A stretch of 64,000 bases of DNA, taken from positions 160,001 through 224,000 of the forward strand of contig CAVSHB010000004.1 in the NCBI GenBank assembly GCA_963727775.1, written 5' to 3'. Shown here piece by piece: positions 29,651 through 39,942 of the stretch (the first letter of the stretch is position 1; every line of letters begins with the position of its first letter). The notes beneath the pieces were generated by a model. The model had not been told where the DNA came from. It saw only the letters and a program-made list of their open reading frames with translations, and did not search any database. The translations under genes were made by a program, and so were the position numbers. The DNA is from an uncultured Nitrospiraceae bacterium (lineage in GTDB: Bacteria > Nitrospirota > Thermodesulfovibrionia > Thermodesulfovibrionales > SM23-35).

Positions 29651-31705
29651 TTATGCCGAAACTGCCTTTTCCGTCTCTTTTAGCCACAAAATCCTTGACC
29701 CGTTGATTACTGAGGCATTGACGGATTCAATCAATTCGTTGGGAGATATGTGAAACTTCTCTTTTTCAACAAACGGGCTGAATGACAATTTTGTCTTTGC
29801 CTTTGCCGCCTTATTGATTTCAGATTCCGTAGGTCTTTTTATAACAGCTCCCATGGCCTTTGCCAATGCGATGAAAATATCCCTGTGGCTCTTTGATTCT
29901 CCCTGAGGTTCAATAACTTTCGGAAGATATTTCAGCCTTCCGGCATAATCTATTATCGTGCCGGCGGACTCAAGGAAGGTTGCCGAAGGCAGGACAACAT
30001 CCGCCTGTTTTGCGAGCTCTGTAAGATGTGAATTCTGCACTATCAGAAATTCAACTCCAGCCGGTCTTTTCTTTAACGGAACCTCACCAACGGCATACAG
30101 AAGCTTTACAGCGCCCGGTACGCTTTGCCCTTTACTCAAGGCAGAGCCGGTCATCTCCAGATAAGTTTTCCCTTCCGTTGTCAGCCCCATTAAGGAAACA
30201 CCCCTCGCATTGCTTTCAAGCCCGACGGATATTACTTTCCCCTTAATTAATGCTATATTGGCTGACGCGTCAAACAATGAAGGAGAAGTGAAAAAGAGCG
30301 CTTCTTTGGCGCCGGCAATGATGGTAGCTGCCTTTTCGCTTTCTTCAGCGATCTCGACGTCTTTTACGGCAGCGGCAATTTTACTTTCAGCCTTAAGCCC
30401 TTTTGATATCAAAGCCTTGGCAATTTGTTTAAGAATCGATATCTCATCACCTTTAAGATTTAAAGCTGCAACATCCGCAATCTTTGTATCAGCAATGTTT
30501 ATGACAATAAGCTTGGCCCCCCTGTTCACCCTTCTTCTTATAGCGGCGTCGAGGGCTGGCAAGACCCTCTCCCACTGTGACGGATTCAGATCAACAAGGA
30601 CAAACAGGTCGGCCTTATCGATCTCCGCTTTCTGAGAGTTCTTTAATGAATGCGCGTCTGAATAGAGGCTCGCGGTCGTATCATAATTTTCCGTTTTTAC
30701 AATATCCCTTGCAAGCTTTTTCAGAGCCAATGCATCCTCATTCTCTATTCCCGCGACACTTATAAAACCTGCGTTCTTGCCGGCCTGCTTAAGCCTATCG
30801 GCAATTATGCCGAGCGCGTCTTCCCAGGTCGTTTCTTTGAGTCCGCCGTCTGTTCTTTTCATCGGAGACGTAAGACGCGCCTCCGCCTCAATGCAGTCAA
30901 AACCGAATCTGCCGTAAGCGCAAAGATACTTCTCAGCCGAGCCCGCATCCGCCCCCGAATTGATCTTTTGTATCCTGCCATCTTTTGTGCTCACGGTAAT
31001 GTCACAGCCGTTTCCGCACAAAAGACAGACCGATTTTGTTTTCTCGTACTCCCATTCACGGCCCTTGCGGTACCTGTCCGACTCAAGCAATGCGTTTACA
31101 GGACATGCATCGACGCAGCTCCCGCAGAACGTACATCCGGATTCCTGGAGAGGTTTGTCGTTTGCAGTCAGGACCTTTGATTCAATCCCCCTTCCCATGA
31201 ATTCAAGTACATTCGTGCCCTGTTCCTTGCAGACCCTCACACACCGTCCGCACAGGATGCAGTATTCAGGATCCCTCTTTATAAAAGGGTTCGCCTCATC
31301 GGTCGGGTAACCAAACTGCTTCCTTGTAAAGGTTGATTCCTTAAGCCCGAAATCGTACGCGTATTGCTGGAGGTTGCACATTCCGGCCTTTGTGCATGTC
31401 ATACAGTCAAGCGGGTGCATGGACAGGATAAGGTCTATGACGAACTTTCTGACTTCCTGCAACTTCTCAGTCTTCGTGTTGACGTTCATGCCGTCTTTAA
31501 CTTTCGTATTGCATGCTATTACAGGTGCCTTCAGTCCCTGGATTTCAACAAGGCAAAGTCTGCATGCCCCAACGCCTTTCATGCCTTTGAGATAACAGAG
31601 GTTAGGGATATGAACACCGGCAAGCTCTGCGGCGTCTATAAGATTCGTACCGGCCGGGACCTCAATCTCTTTTCCGTCTATTTTAAGTTCAACCAATTCC
31701 TCCAT
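29651..31705 (-). CDS. NuoG/HydA/FdhA-like Fe-S subunit with a non-catalytic molybdopterin-oxidoreductase fold
   Basis: 2Fe-2S (IPNLC, GACRLC), HPLDCMTC, two 4Fe-4S (CILCGRC, CTFCGSC), CLLCGNGC; the FDH ARLC/UH loop is replaced by TASLYS. Confidence 0.82.
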   Translation of the reverse strand: MEELVELKIDGKEIEVPAGTNLIDAAELAGVHIPNLCYLKGMKGVGACRLCLVEIQGLKAPVIACNTKVKDGMNVNTKTEKLQEVRKFVIDLILSMHPLDCMTCTKAGMCNLQQYAYDFGLKESTFTRKQFGYPTDEANPFIKRDPEYCILCGRCVRVCKEQGTNVLEFMGRGIESKVLTANDKPLQESGCTFCGSCVDACPVNALLESDRYRKGREWEYEKTKSVCLLCGNGCDITVSTKDGRIQKINSGADAGSAEKYLCAYGRFGFDCIEAEARLTSPMKRTDGGLKETTWEDALGIIADRLKQAGKNAGFISVAGIENEDALALKKLARDIVKTENYDTTASLYSDAHSLKNSQKAEIDKADLFVLVDLNPSQWERVLPALDAAIRRRVNRGAKLIVINIADTKIADVAALNLKGDEISILKQIAKALISKGLKAESKIAAAVKDVEIAEESEKAATIIAGAKEALFFTSPSLFDASANIALIKGKVISVGLESNARGVSLMGLTTEGKTYLEMTGSALSKGQSVPGAVKLLYAVGEVPLKKRPAGVEFLIVQNSHLTELAKQADVVLPSATFLESAGTIIDYAGRLKYLPKVIEPQGESKSHRDIFIALAKAMGAVIKRPTESEINKAAKAKTKLSFSPFVEKEKFHISPNELIESVNASVINGSRILWLKETEKAVSA

Positions 31706-31730
31706 CCAAAGCCTCCTATATATTCTGAAG

Positions 31731-32348
31731 TTATTCTTTGCCTACCAATTCTTCTTTATGTTTCCTTATGACCTCTATCGCCCCTTCAGGACAGACCTTA
31801 AGGCACTCCCCGCATTTTGTACATCTCCTTTGCCTGATCTCGAAGGGCAAATACCCGGAAAGATAGAGTTGTTTCTTTTCACCTATTATTGCGCCGTATT
31901 TACATACCTCCGAACATTTGCCGCACATTGAGCAGAGTCCGGGGTTGATTGTATATTCTACAAGACTGATACATTCCTTTTTAGAGCATATGCCGGACAA
32001 ATGTTGTCTGAATTCTTCCTCCGAAGCGGCCAATATATCGACGATGAACTTGCCTGTATCTTTTCCTTTCTTGCAGAATGAACCCTCCATCATGGATAGA
32101 CCTATTCTTCTCACCGCATCAATATCAGACTCATCAGCATTCCTTGAATATCCGCTGATCTTCATTAATCTGATGTCCGCCTCCCCTGTCCCAAGTGAAC
32201 ACGGATAACACTTACCACACATCGGTCCTGTAATGAACTCTTTGATAAAATAGAGCACCCTTTGAACGGGACAGTCCTTCTCTTCAGCGTCTTTTCTTAT
32301 ATCTTCGAGTTTTCTCTCTTTTCCATCTTGTAGACCTTCTTCACGCAT
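31731..32348 (-). CDS. Stand-alone HydB/NuoF C-terminal Fe-S module plus 2x[4Fe-4S] ferredoxin
   Basis: CGKCYPC..GSFC, QHLSGIC..KEC, CSMCGKC, CTKCGEC; no FMN/NADH domain. Confidence 0.8.
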   Translation of the reverse strand: MREEGLQDGKERKLEDIRKDAEEKDCPVQRVLYFIKEFITGPMCGKCYPCSLGTGEADIRLMKISGYSRNADESDIDAVRRIGLSMMEGSFCKKGKDTGKFIVDILAASEEEFRQHLSGICSKKECISLVEYTINPGLCSMCGKCSEVCKYGAIIGEKKQLYLSGYLPFEIRQRRCTKCGECLKVCPEGAIEVIRKHKEELVGKE

Positions 32349-32371
32349 ATCTCCTCCAGGCGCATTCAGGA

Positions 32372-32560
32372 GTCAACTACCACCGACCTTGTCGGTGGCT
32401 TGTTTTGCGGCAAGACTACGGACAATGTCCTTCGCCTTGCCTACATAAGGATGTAATTTTTGTCCGTATGTATGGCTCACCGACCTCGTCGGTTCGCTAA
32501 AGGTGTTGGGCCTCCGCCCCCACACCCCACCACTGACATTGTCAGTGGCTTAGATGGTGA
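32372..32560 (-). mobile_element. Non-autonomous IS200/IS605-type palindromic element (PATE-like)
   Basis: Three related hairpins (CCACCGAC/GTCGGTGG, ACCGAC/GTCGGT, CCACTGAC/GTCAGTGG); on the minus strand it follows TTGAC and ends GGTAGTTGAC. Confidence 0.68.
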
Positions 32561-32593
32561 GTCAAATATCTGTTTATATTTCGATTGCCCATA

Positions 32594-34948
32594 TCAATAC
32601 ATTGTTTCTGCCATATAACAAATTTCCGGAAGCAGATATGAGACCAGGTCTCTAAACGTAACCATCCCGATTATCTTGTCCCCTTCAACAACGGGCAGGT
32701 GCCTTATCTTCTTCCTGGATGCGATTGAAATCGCTGAGCTGACTTCAGTCGATGGATCAAAGGTTGCGATATCACGCATTGCGAGATGGTCAATGATCTC
32801 AATGGTCGGGGTATTATTAAAAACGCACCTTACAATATCTCTTTCAGTAAATATGCTCACTAACTTGTTATTTTCATCGACTACAAATAATCCGCTTACG
32901 TTCTTCTCACTCATAAGTTTGACCGCATCCGAAATTGTGCTCCCTTTGTTAATGGATACTATTTCATAAGGCCTTGATTCCAGGATATCCTTTAATGTCA
33001 TTTTGCGCCTCCTTTCAATGACCTCCAACTGCTCTGAGGGTATCTTCAGCTCCTCTTCAAGCCTCTCATACATCTTCCTTATTATCTTTACCGCATTTAC
33101 AGGGCAGGCATAATAACATGCCTTGCATTTTGTGCAATAGTCCCTGTCGATAATGAAACTCCTTCTCGTCTCCTTTACCGCATCAAAGGCACAGGCCTGC
33201 TTGCACAGGCCGCAGAGTATGCACTCATCCTGGACTATTACAAGTATACCGAGGTTGCATGCCTTTGCCCTGCAGTATTTATCATAAATATGTTCTTCAT
33301 ATTCTTCACGGAAATATTTGATCGTTGTAAGCACGGGGTTAGGCGCGCTCTGGCCGAGCCCGCAGAGAGAGCCCGCTTTTACAAGCTTGCCGAGACGCTC
33401 AAGCTTCTCTATGTCCCCTTCCTCTCCGTTGCCGGTCGCTATCTTCTCAAGTATCTGCAGCATCTGGTATGTCCCGATCCTGCACGGAGGACATTTCCCA
33501 CATGACTCGGCCTGCGTAAATGACAGAAAAAACTTGGCGATGTCGACCATGCAGTTGTCTTCGTCCATGACAACCATTCCGCCGGAACCCATGATAGACC
33601 CCACCTTTGTCAGAGAGTCAAAATCAACGGGCAGATCAAGATATTTCTCGGGGATACACCCCCCCGATGGACCCCCGGTCTGGACCGCCTTGATTTTCTT
33701 ACCGCCCATGATACCGCCGCCGATATCGAACACTATCTCCCGCAGGGTTATCCCCATTGGGACTTCAACAAGTCCCGTGTTCTTGACTTTACCTGTCAGC
33801 GCGAATACTTTAGTGCCGGGAGAGTTTTCAGTGCCGATGCCGAGGAACCAATCCGCGCCTTTCTCGATAATCGGGGGAACACACGCATAGGTCTCGACGT
33901 TATTCAGATTCGCAGGATATCCCCACGGTCCCCCGCCGGGTTCCGAAACCCTCGGCGGTCTTGCGTGAGGGAAACCCCTTCTGCCTTCGATTGAGGCAAC
34001 CAAGGCCGTGGCCTCTCCACAAATAAACGCCCCCGCGCCTTCCCTGATACTAACCGTAAAATCAAATCCGGTGCCGAGGATGTTTTCTCCCAATAGCCCG
34101 ATTTCCTCTGCCTGTTTAATAGCTGTCCTTAAATTTCTTACTGCGAGGGGATATTCATGTCTGACGTAGATAAATCCATAGTGTGCGTCCACTGCGTATG
34201 CGCAGATAAGCATTCCTTCAAGAAGGCTGTGGGGGTCGCCTTCCATTATCGACCTGTCCATAAATGCGCCGGGGTCGCCTTCGTCTCCATTTGCAATAAC
34301 TATTTTGATGTCTCCGGGCGCTTTTCTGGTATGCGCCCATTTCACGCCCGCCGGGAATCCGGCGCCTCCCCTGCCCCGGAGATTAGACTTCTTTATCTCC
34401 TCTATCACCTGCTCAGGGCCCATTGAGGAAAATATCTTTTCCGCAGCCCTGTACCCGCCGACTGTAATATAATGGCATATATTCGTTGGGTCGATTGTTC
34501 CGTTATTCCTGAGCGCAATCCTCATTTGTTTTTTATAAAAGGGCACTTCCTCCATCATCTCAACAGGCTTATCAAGAAAAGTGCCCTTATAGAGGAGATT
34601 TCTTACGGGGCTGTCCGCCAAATATGTGGTGGAAAGGATCTCATTTACATTCTCCTGTTTCACTCTCTGGTAAAAATACCCGTATGGCTCTATCTTCATA
34701 ACAGGACCTTTCTGGCATAGACCCTGACAACCTGTTTCAACCACTTCAATCTCTATCTCGTTCCTGCGGGCTTCCTTTTTTAACTGTTCCACCAATTTAA
34801 GAGATTCATTTGCACGGCACCCTGTGCCGCAACAAACGCTTATCCTTTTCTTGCCGGGAGCTAAAACACCTTCCCTGGCGAGAAGTTCACGAAAGGCAAT
34901 AAGATCATCAATACTTTTAAGCTTTTGTATGGTGTTTATTTCTAACAT
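32594..34948 (-). CDS. HydB/NuoF-like FMN/NADH Fe-S subunit with C-terminal CBS pair (paralogue 2)
   Basis: CCGTGC..GCQGLC, RGRGGAGFP, GDEGDPGAFM, GAFICGE, GGPSGG, ESCGKCPPC, two ferredoxin motifs, CBS (IRHLPVVEG..GMVTFRD). Confidence 0.9.
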   Translation of the reverse strand: MLEINTIQKLKSIDDLIAFRELLAREGVLAPGKKRISVCCGTGCRANESLKLVEQLKKEARRNEIEIEVVETGCQGLCQKGPVMKIEPYGYFYQRVKQENVNEILSTTYLADSPVRNLLYKGTFLDKPVEMMEEVPFYKKQMRIALRNNGTIDPTNICHYITVGGYRAAEKIFSSMGPEQVIEEIKKSNLRGRGGAGFPAGVKWAHTRKAPGDIKIVIANGDEGDPGAFMDRSIMEGDPHSLLEGMLICAYAVDAHYGFIYVRHEYPLAVRNLRTAIKQAEEIGLLGENILGTGFDFTVSIREGAGAFICGEATALVASIEGRRGFPHARPPRVSEPGGGPWGYPANLNNVETYACVPPIIEKGADWFLGIGTENSPGTKVFALTGKVKNTGLVEVPMGITLREIVFDIGGGIMGGKKIKAVQTGGPSGGCIPEKYLDLPVDFDSLTKVGSIMGSGGMVVMDEDNCMVDIAKFFLSFTQAESCGKCPPCRIGTYQMLQILEKIATGNGEEGDIEKLERLGKLVKAGSLCGLGQSAPNPVLTTIKYFREEYEEHIYDKYCRAKACNLGILVIVQDECILCGLCKQACAFDAVKETRRSFIIDRDYCTKCKACYYACPVNAVKIIRKMYERLEEELKIPSEQLEVIERRRKMTLKDILESRPYEIVSINKGSTISDAVKLMSEKNVSGLFVVDENNKLVSIFTERDIVRCVFNNTPTIEIIDHLAMRDIATFDPSTEVSSAISIASRKKIRHLPVVEGDKIIGMVTFRDLVSYLLPEICYMAETMY

Positions 34949-36760
34949 TTAATCCCCATCGCCAAATGTTGTCATCTTAATAATCAATTAATACGTATTT
35001 TCCGCCATATAACAGATTTCCGGAAGCAGATATGCAACCAGGTCCCTATATGTAATCATGCCGATTATCCTGTCTCCTTCAACAACAGGAAGATGCCTGA
35101 TTTTTTCCCTTGAGGCTATTGCGATTGCAGAGCTTATTTCTGTAGAAGGGTCGAAGGATGTGATGTCCCGCATCGGTATATTTTCCAATTTTTCGTCAAA
35201 AGACGTTCCGTTAAACACACAACGCACAATGTCTCTCTCGGTAAAAAGCCTCATTAATTTATTGTTTTCATCAACCACGAAGACCCCGCTGATATTCTTC
35301 TCTGTCATGATATGCACCGCGTCAGCAATAGTATTATCTTTACTGACAGAAACTACATCATGAGGTCTCGATTCAAGAATATCTCTTAAAGCCGTCCTCC
35401 GCCTCATTTCAATGACTTCCAGCTGTTCCGAAGGTATCTTCAGCTCCTCTTCAAGCCTCTCATACATCTTCCTTATTATCTTTACCGCATTTACAGGGCA
35501 GGCATAATAACATGCCTTGCATTTTGTGCAATAATCCCTGTCGATAAAGAAACTCCTTCTCGTCTCCTTCACAGCATCAAAGGCGCAGGCCTGCTTGCAC
35601 AGGCCGCAGAGTATGCACTCATCCTGGACTATTACAAGTATACCGAGGTTGCATGCCTTCGCCCTGCAGTATTTATCATAAATATGTTCTTCATATTCTT
35701 CACGGAAATATTTGATCGTTGTAAGCACGGGGTTAGGCGCGCTCTGGCCGAGCCCGCAGAGAGAGCCCGCTTTTACAAGCTTGCCGAGACGCTCAAGCTT
35801 CTCTATGTCCCCTTCCTCTCCGTTGCCGGTCGCTATCTTCTCAAGTATCTGCAGCATCTGGTATGTCCCGATCCTGCACGGAGGACATTTCCCACATGAC
35901 TCGGCCTGCGTAAATGACAGAAAAAACTTGGCGATGTCGACCATGCAGTTGTCTTCGTCCATGACAACCATTCCGCCGGAACCCATGATAGACCCCACCT
36001 TTGTCAGAGAGTCAAAATCAACGGGCAGATCAAGATATTTCTCGGGGATACACCCCCCCGATGGACCCCCGGTCTGGACCGCCTTGATTTTCTTACCGCC
36101 TATGATACCGCCGCCGATATCGAACACTATCTCCCGCAGGGTTATCCCCATTGGGACTTCAACAAGTCCCGTGTTGTTGACTTTACCTGCCAGAGAAAAA
36201 ACCTTTGTCCCGGATGACCCGGGAGTGCCGATGCCGAGGAACCAATCCGCGCCTTTCTCGATAATCGGGGGAACACACGCATAGGTCTCGACGTTATTCA
36301 GATTCGCAGGATATCCCCACGGTCCCCCGCCGGGTTCCGAAACCCTCGGCGGTCTTGCGTGAGGGAAACCCCTTCTGCCTTCGATTGAGGCAACCAAGGC
36401 CGTGGCCTCTCCGCATACAAAAGCGCCTGCCCCTTCTTTGATATTAACCGTAAAATCAAATCCGGTGCCGAGGATGTTTTCTCCCAATAACCCGATTTCT
36501 TCTGCCTGTTTAATGGCGTTTTTCAATGTTTTGATGGCCAACGGATATTCATGTCTGACGTAGATAAACCCATAGTGTGCATCCACTGCGTATGCGCAGA
36601 TAAGCATTCCCTCAAGAAGGCTGTGGGGGTCGCCTTCCATTATCGACCTGTCCATAAATGCGCCGGGGTCGCCTTCGTCTCCATTTGCAATAACTATTTT
36701 GATGTCTCCGGGCGCTTTTCTGGTATGCGCCCATTTTACGCCTGCCGGGAATCCGGCGCC
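33040..36760. repeat. Near-identical ~1.3-kb direct repeat (33040-34366 vs 35434-36760)
   Basis: Constant 2394-bp offset; even the antisense ORFs 33290-33505 and 35684-35899 translate identically. Confidence 0.9.
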
Positions 36761-37321
36761 CCCTCTCCCTCTCAGGTTGGCATTTCTTACCTCTTCAAGG
36801 ACCTGCTCGGGCATCATGGATGAAAACATTTTTTCAACAGCTTTATACCCGCCGGCCGCTATATAATGACGGATGTCGAAAGGGTCGATGTTCCCGGTAT
36901 TCCTGAGCGCGATCTTCACCTGCTTTGCATAAAAAGGAACTTCTTCCAGTAAGGCCTTCGGCGCTTCAAGTATGGAATCTCTGTATATCAGTTCTCTCAA
37001 CGGCTGTCCGGTTGAGTAAGTGGAAGAAATAATCTCATGTGCTTTTTCAGCTTGGACCTTTTGATAGAAAAATCCATACGGCTCAATCTGTATAATGGGC
37101 CCCTTCTGACACAGCCCCTGACAACCGGTCTTCACAATATATACCTGCGCATTGGAATTTGAAGCCTCTTCTTCCAGCGCCTGAACGACTTTTTGAGAGC
37201 CCAGAGTGCTGCACGGCAGGCCGCAGCAGACCTTCAAAGCATTTCTACCGGTCCTGAACATCTCCCCGCCAAGGAGTTCTCTGAGGCCGCTTAGCGCCTT
37301 TATATTGTCTAATCTATTCAT
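34988..37321 (-). CDS. HydB/NuoF-like FMN/NADH Fe-S subunit with C-terminal CBS pair (paralogue 1)
   Basis: Same motifs as paralogue 2; N-terminal CCGLPC. Confidence 0.9.
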   Translation of the reverse strand: MNRLDNIKALSGLRELLGGEMFRTGRNALKVCCGLPCSTLGSQKVVQALEEEASNSNAQVYIVKTGCQGLCQKGPIIQIEPYGFFYQKVQAEKAHEIISSTYSTGQPLRELIYRDSILEAPKALLEEVPFYAKQVKIALRNTGNIDPFDIRHYIAAGGYKAVEKMFSSMMPEQVLEEVRNANLRGRGGAGFPAGVKWAHTRKAPGDIKIVIANGDEGDPGAFMDRSIMEGDPHSLLEGMLICAYAVDAHYGFIYVRHEYPLAIKTLKNAIKQAEEIGLLGENILGTGFDFTVNIKEGAGAFVCGEATALVASIEGRRGFPHARPPRVSEPGGGPWGYPANLNNVETYACVPPIIEKGADWFLGIGTPGSSGTKVFSLAGKVNNTGLVEVPMGITLREIVFDIGGGIIGGKKIKAVQTGGPSGGCIPEKYLDLPVDFDSLTKVGSIMGSGGMVVMDEDNCMVDIAKFFLSFTQAESCGKCPPCRIGTYQMLQILEKIATGNGEEGDIEKLERLGKLVKAGSLCGLGQSAPNPVLTTIKYFREEYEEHIYDKYCRAKACNLGILVIVQDECILCGLCKQACAFDAVKETRRSFFIDRDYCTKCKACYYACPVNAVKIIRKMYERLEEELKIPSEQLEVIEMRRRTALRDILESRPHDVVSVSKDNTIADAVHIMTEKNISGVFVVDENNKLMRLFTERDIVRCVFNGTSFDEKLENIPMRDITSFDPSTEISSAIAIASREKIRHLPVVEGDRIIGMITYRDLVAYLLPEICYMAENTY

Positions 37322-37361
37322 AAATGCTGCATCCCTTTTAGCTGCTTTTCATATAACGATA

Positions 37362-37850
37362 TTAATCTTCTTTGATCGATCTGATTAATACCTCCAACTT
37401 TTTTTCGCCTATTATTTCCCCGACAACCTCATCGTTGACCGTTGCGACAGGCGCAAGGCCGCAGCACCCCACGCACCCTACCGTCTCAAGCGTCATAGCG
37501 CGATCGGCTGTCGTCTCTCCCATGCGTATTCCAAACTCGGTTTCGAGCGCATTAAGGACCTTCTTAGACCCCCTGACATAACAGGCTGTGCCGAGACATA
37601 CCTTCACAACCTTCTTTCCGCGAGGTTTAAAGTGGAACATTTTGTAAAAACTTGCAACACTGTATATTTCAGATAAGGGGATACTCAGGTTTTGAGAGAG
37701 CTTTCTCAATACGTCTTCCGGCAGATACCCGTTATCTTCCTGGATCCGGTGGAGTACATGAATAAGTATCCCTCTCTTCCTGTCCTGCTCGCCGATAATT
37801 CCTCCAACTTCGCCTATCTGCTCAGCAATGTCGATCTCATCCAATTTCAT
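37362..37850 (-). CDS. HydC/NuoE-like 2Fe-2S subunit
   Basis: VASFY, VCLGTACYVRG, GCVGCCGLAP; GGAGG before ATG 37850. Confidence 0.9.
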   Translation of the reverse strand: MKLDEIDIAEQIGEVGGIIGEQDRKRGILIHVLHRIQEDNGYLPEDVLRKLSQNLSIPLSEIYSVASFYKMFHFKPRGKKVVKVCLGTACYVRGSKKVLNALETEFGIRMGETTADRAMTLETVGCVGCCGLAPVATVNDEVVGEIIGEKKLEVLIRSIKED

Positions 37851-37932
37851 AGACCCTCCATAAGTAGCTGCGACACGAACTTTTTCGGGGTCGGCACGCA
37901 ATAATTCAGCGCACCTAATAGCCGCCGCTACA

Positions 37933-39918
37933 CTAATAAATCCCTATATGCGGTTTTGCCACCCGCTCAATATCCCGCCTTGCGGCCATATCCATCAATA
38001 CCCTCTCCGCGCCGAACTTGCCGGGTTCATATTTTCTCAGTTTCAACGCCTCCCTTGCTTTATCTATAAAATCAAGGGCAAGCGCCAATATCTTCTCGGG
38101 GTCCGGTTCAAAATGCAGCGAGCCCCTGAATCTCTCGAACCATACGTCGGTCATTATCTTCGTCACTTCCTTGCTCGCCCCTACGGGTGATTCTCCCCCG
38201 AAGATTACGGGAAACCCCGAGGCCGCGAAATAACACCCTATCGCAACTGCTTTTTCGGACATCCACTCGGGCGCGATACCTACGGCAGGCATGCCGCCTA
38301 TCTCATCGGAGAGGCCTCCTTCTTCGGCCATCGCAGTCGCTATCGTCAATATCCTCGAATTATCCACACAAGAACCGACGTGCAAGATCGGCGGTATCCC
38401 TATGGCCTCACATACCTCCCTTAAACCTGGTCCTGCATTTTCAAGTGCCATCTCGGGCGTCAGAAAGCCCGCGGTACCGCATGCGGCTGATCCGCAGCCT
38501 GTCGACACGATGAGCACGTCATTCCTAATCAGCTCAGTCGCAAGAAAACGATGAAGTCCCTGGGATGGCACCCTCGGGTTATCGCATCCCGCAAGGCCGA
38601 CCACACCCCGAATCCTGCCTGCAATTATTGCATCGTTAAGGGGTCTGAAGGACGCCCTCCATCTCCCGCCCTGCATATATTCTATGTATTCCTGGGAAAA
38701 CCCGGCGATGACCGGGACTTTATCAGTAATGTAACTTCCCTCTTTTTTCCTGTTGGAATAATTATCGATAGCGGTCCTTACGATCTGTCTCGCTATATCC
38801 TTTGCCCTGTGTTCGTCATATTCTATATGGATGGCGCCCTGAATCTTGGCTTTATAGGAAGTAGTGATCACCTTTGTGTGAAACTTCTTCGAAAGCTCGG
38901 TCAACGCGGGCATGATACACTGTACATCCACGGTTATCGCATCAACAAGCCCGGTCATGATCGCAAGCTCCTGATTTGTAAAACCACCTGCGGTAGGAAT
39001 GCCGTGTCTCATCAGTACCTCATTGGCGGTACAACACATTCCGCCGAGGTTTATGCCCTTCGCGCCCTTTGACTTTGCATATTCTATCAGCTCGGGCTCA
39101 TTCACCACATCCACGATCATCTCCGCGAGTGACGGCTCATGTCCGTGCACAACAAGGTTGACTTCGTCCTCTTTAAAGATGCCGAAGCTTGCCTCTGCCT
39201 TCACGGGCCTGGGTGTACCGAAGAGGATATCGGTGATGTCGGTGGAGATCATACAGCCTCCCCATCCGTCGGCGAGAGAGACCTTAAGAACACTCAGAAG
39301 AAGATTATCCGGTTCATGATCCACACCCATATGGGTGCGGTGCATGGCCTCAGTTATTTCCCTGTCCACGCCTCTGGGGACTATCCCCCACTTTCTCCAT
39401 CTCTCCTGAGTCTTCTTCGGCGCCCTTTTGATATAATTCAGTTCGCCTTTCTGGCGACCAAAGTCCTCTATAAGTTTTGTCGCCACATCCCTGGCAACAT
39501 CATTCACCGGACGACCTTCAAATTCTATTTCAAGGATGCCGGCGACCTTATATAGTTTTTTCACATCCGTTATCTTGAAGTCACTTGTTTCACCATTTGC
39601 TACTGCGAGCAGTAAAAAAGCCATGTCCCTTGCATGGTCTGAATGGGCAGCTGTTCCGGCAACCGCCATCCTGAGCAGGTTCCTCGAAGCTACTGTGGGC
39701 AATGTTGCCCCGCATACTCCTCTCGCATCTTCCTCCGCGTTCTGGCCGACAAAACGGCAAGGCCCCATATGGCAGACCTTGCAGCACGCGCCGGAGACAC
39801 CGACGGGACACGGCTTCATCTTCTCCGCCCTATCAAAGCACGTCTCTATCTTTTGGGCCTCGCCCCATTCTATAATCTGCTCTGCGGACTTATTTGCACT
39901 CTTTACTACTTTTTCCAT
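37933..39918 (-). CDS. cooS: Anaerobic Ni-CO dehydrogenase catalytic subunit (AcsA/CooS)
   Basis: CCKVCHMGPC, AHSDH, HGHEP, CCTANE, DVQC, GCDNP, GSCVD, EWMSEKA. Confidence 0.95.
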   Translation of the reverse strand: MEKVVKSANKSAEQIIEWGEAQKIETCFDRAEKMKPCPVGVSGACCKVCHMGPCRFVGQNAEEDARGVCGATLPTVASRNLLRMAVAGTAAHSDHARDMAFLLLAVANGETSDFKITDVKKLYKVAGILEIEFEGRPVNDVARDVATKLIEDFGRQKGELNYIKRAPKKTQERWRKWGIVPRGVDREITEAMHRTHMGVDHEPDNLLLSVLKVSLADGWGGCMISTDITDILFGTPRPVKAEASFGIFKEDEVNLVVHGHEPSLAEMIVDVVNEPELIEYAKSKGAKGINLGGMCCTANEVLMRHGIPTAGGFTNQELAIMTGLVDAITVDVQCIMPALTELSKKFHTKVITTSYKAKIQGAIHIEYDEHRAKDIARQIVRTAIDNYSNRKKEGSYITDKVPVIAGFSQEYIEYMQGGRWRASFRPLNDAIIAGRIRGVVGLAGCDNPRVPSQGLHRFLATELIRNDVLIVSTGCGSAACGTAGFLTPEMALENAGPGLREVCEAIGIPPILHVGSCVDNSRILTIATAMAEEGGLSDEIGGMPAVGIAPEWMSEKAVAIGCYFAASGFPVIFGGESPVGASKEVTKIMTDVWFERFRGSLHFEPDPEKILALALDFIDKAREALKLRKYEPGKFGAERVLMDMAARRDIERVAKPHIGIY

Positions 39919-39942
39919 GTATCCTCCATACTTCGTTTGCAC

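Noticed and set aside
29651..31705. Formate dehydrogenase or [FeFe]-hydrogenase catalytic subunit
   Set aside because: No Mo-ligating Cys/Sec-His loop and no H-cluster motifs.
32594..37850. Respiratory complex I nuoEF
   Set aside because: No membrane nuo genes nearby; extra Fe-S domains and motifs are HydB/HydC-type.
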